From a virus (taxonomy: Duplodnaviria > Caudoviricetes), in IMG/VR virus record IMGVR_UViG_3300020045_005113, positions 1-37,342 of that record: 37,342 bases of DNA; one strand, 5' to 3'. The position numbers and the translations under genes are program-made. Positions within the stretch are counted from its first letter, which is position 1. Every line of letters starts with the position of its first letter. Below, piece by piece: positions 35,500 through 37,342 of this stretch. The notes under the pieces are model-generated. The model saw only the letters and a program-made list of their open reading frames with translations. It ran no database searches and had not been told where the DNA came from.

Positions 35500-37342
35500 A
35501 AGTGACCCTATTCAAAGGCATCAACCCTCGCGGCGAACAAAAAGACATTGAGTTCGAGCAATTGGTTGAGAAAGTGCTGCATCCAAGAGAATATCCGAAC
35601 AAAGCTGCCCAACTTGGGTTAAGCCTAGCCACCTATAAAGGTAATTACCGCAAATCCGACAACCTTGAACTGTACAGCGGCCTTGAAATAGACATTGATT
35701 GCATCAATGGTTTTATGCCTTTCGAATCAGGCGTACATTTGCTTGATAAGGAAAACATACGCGGTGTTTATTTCACCACGGCTAGTAACAGCCCATCAAG
35801 CCCGAGCTGGCGCGGTATATTCCCCTTCTCACAACCACGCACACACGAGGAAATGGTGGGGTTAGCTGAGCAGGTTAATTTTGTGCTGGATGGTGTATTA
35901 GGCATCGACTCGGTAGACAAGGCCAGATTTTACTATATCGGCAAGGTTGCCGGATCGGACTATGGTTGTGCAACAACAACAGGGGATTTTATAGATGATT
36001 CGGACTGGTTTGCAATGTGCCCTAAGAAACCAATTTTTGGAAAAAAAACAACTATTTACGACAACACCGACGCATTAGAAAAAGCGGTTGACATTGCGAA
36101 ATCTAAAAACGCAATCGACAAGGAGAGTTATCCGGCATTGTATTCGGCATTACTTTACTTGGCATCAAAAGGTTATGCGGATTCTTATAATTTAGCAATG
36201 CCAATTGCGTTCGGCCTTAAGAATTCAGGGGACGTTGGGCAGGTGTTTTTTGACGCTTTTTGCAGCGAGTCTATGTTGTATGATCCAGCTTGGTCGATTA
36301 AGGTTTGGGAATCAATACGGGTTGGTGCTGAAACTGGATTCAAGTCGATATTCGCCAAAGCCCAGGCTGCAGGGTGGCGGCAAGCGAAGGATTACGGCGG
36401 CAGGGTTGAGTTTGACCTGCTCACAATGTTTGAAGACTATACACCACAAATAAAAAACATATACCCGGAAACACTGCCCAGTTTTAACTTAACCAGCGCG
36501 GCAAACTTATCCAGCACACCTGCCCCAAAAACATGGCTTATTAAAAAGATACTCGAACCACGGAAACTACACACGTTAATAGGTGAGTCTGGGGCTGGTA
36601 AGTCATTCTTGGCTTTAGATATGGCGTGGCATATTGCCCACGGTGAAAGCTGGAACGGACACAGCGTTAAACAAACAGGGGATGTGGTTTACATCGCCGG
36701 TGAAGGGCGCTCCGGTGTTGAGGACAGGTTAAGGGCGTTGGGTAAGCATCATAATAAACCATTGCCTGGTAACTTCTTTATCAGCAACACCGGGATCATG
36801 TTTGACAAGCTAGATGAGGTTGAGTTGTTGGTAAACACAATTAAACAGCATACAGATAACCCAGCATTGGTGATTATCGACACATTGCACCGCAACTTTT
36901 CAAGCGACGAGAACAGCTCTAAAGATATAGCGTTATTTATCAACAATATAGGAAATAGGTTAATTAATGATGGGCTGAATTGCGCGGTCTTGGTTGTACA
37001 CCATAGCGGTTATGGTGACAAAGATCGAGGGCGTGGCAGCTCGGCAATCAGAGCGGCCGTTGATGTTGAATTGTTGATGAAAAAAGATATTGATGGTGAT
37101 ATTACGCTTTCTTGCTCAAAAGCTAAAGACTTTAGCCCAGGTGAGCCGCTCTCGTTTAAATTACAAAGCGTGGTGCTAGACTACTTGGATGATGAAGGCG
37201 ACGAAGTTACCAGCGCGGTGATTGTTTGCGGGGGTAATAAATTATTCGAAGTAAAACTAAAACCAGACCAACAGGAAGCGTTAAATTGTTTGGGTAGCTT
37301 GATTATGACCGAAGGTGAACCAAACAGCGCGTTAACCGATCA
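35496..37342 (+). CDS. Primase-helicase: AEP-like N-terminus, PriCT-2-like domain, RecA-like AAA_25 (RepA-type) helicase; 3'-truncated; not in ORF track
   Basis: Open from ATG 35496 to the window end; EIDID, YFTTAS....WRGIFP, IFAKAQAAGW, Walker A GESGAGKS (36582-36605), YIAGEG, Walker B VIIDT, VVHHSG, RGSSA. Confidence 0.9.
   Translation, partial: MKVTLFKGINPRGEQKDIEFEQLVEKVLHPREYPNKAAQLGLSLATYKGNYRKSDNLELYSGLEIDIDCINGFMPFESGVHLLDKENIRGVYFTTASNSPSSPSWRGIFPFSQPRTHEEMVGLAEQVNFVLDGVLGIDSVDKARFYYIGKVAGSDYGCATTTGDFIDDSDWFAMCPKKPIFGKKTTIYDNTDALEKAVDIAKSKNAIDKESYPALYSALLYLASKGYADSYNLAMPIAFGLKNSGDVGQVFFDAFCSESMLYDPAWSIKVWESIRVGAETGFKSIFAKAQAAGWRQAKDYGGRVEFDLLTMFEDYTPQIKNIYPETLPSFNLTSAANLSSTPAPKTWLIKKILEPRKLHTLIGESGAGKSFLALDMAWHIAHGESWNGHSVKQTGDVVYIAGEGRSGVEDRLRALGKHHNKPLPGNFFISNTGIMFDKLDEVELLVNTIKQHTDNPALVIIDTLHRNFSSDENSSKDIALFINNIGNRLINDGLNCAVLVVHHSGYGDKDRGRGSSAIRAAVDVELLMKKDIDGDITLSCSKAKDFSPGEPLSFKLQSVVLDYLDDEGDEVTSAVIVCGGNKLFEVKLKPDQQEALNCLGSLIMTEGEPNSALTD

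Larger units (their letters stand above)
1..37342 (+). mobile_element. Tailed phage (myovirus morphotype) genome segment, truncated at both ends; phage vs prophage not determinable
   Basis: Continuous head, tail, baseplate, lysis and replication gene modules; no bacterial housekeeping gene, integrase or att site seen. Confidence 0.95.

Noticed and set aside
399-36946. Numerous minus-strand and alternate-frame ORFs in the track (e.g. 1150-1608, 4033-4473, 15799-16314, 36205-36453, 36749-36946)
   Set aside because: They are shadows of well-supported plus-strand genes, with no motifs or RBS
1-37342. Stop-codon reassignment, tRNA genes, introns or inteins
   Set aside because: Genes are full length under the standard code and all three stops are used; no cloverleaf or intervening sequence recognised by eye

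Overview
The whole window is one tailed dsDNA bacteriophage genome segment, truncated at both ends, with no host genes. Almost everything is on the + strand. Order: lambda-type packaging and head genes (gpA-like terminase, gpW-like protein, lambda-family portal, fused prohead protease-major capsid); a Mu/SfV-type contractile tail and baseplate, including a P2-type -1 frameshifted tail chaperone; two paralogous tail fibres and an extended fibre/appendage cluster ending in an SGNH esterase; a lysis-like cassette of small membrane proteins with no endolysin; a DUF2800-DUF2815-polymerase-VRR-NUC-SNF2 replication module carrying a family B polymerase; an accessory and regulatory region; and a primase-helicase that runs off the end. 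Three observations stand out. (1) A direct-repeat box, ACAAC-N5-ACAAC (10-bp period), recurs about 12 times, always at gene junctions, promoters or start sites, and an unannotated ribbon-helix-helix gene and an XRE HTH gene are candidate binders. (2) Three signal-peptide-bearing proteins (beta-helix polysaccharide enzyme-like, SGNH O-acetylesterase-like, small Cys protein) lie outside the virion genes and may remodel the host surface. (3) Two small genes are each broken by exactly one extra A in a poly-A run. All family assignments come from motif recognition and synteny, not database searches.
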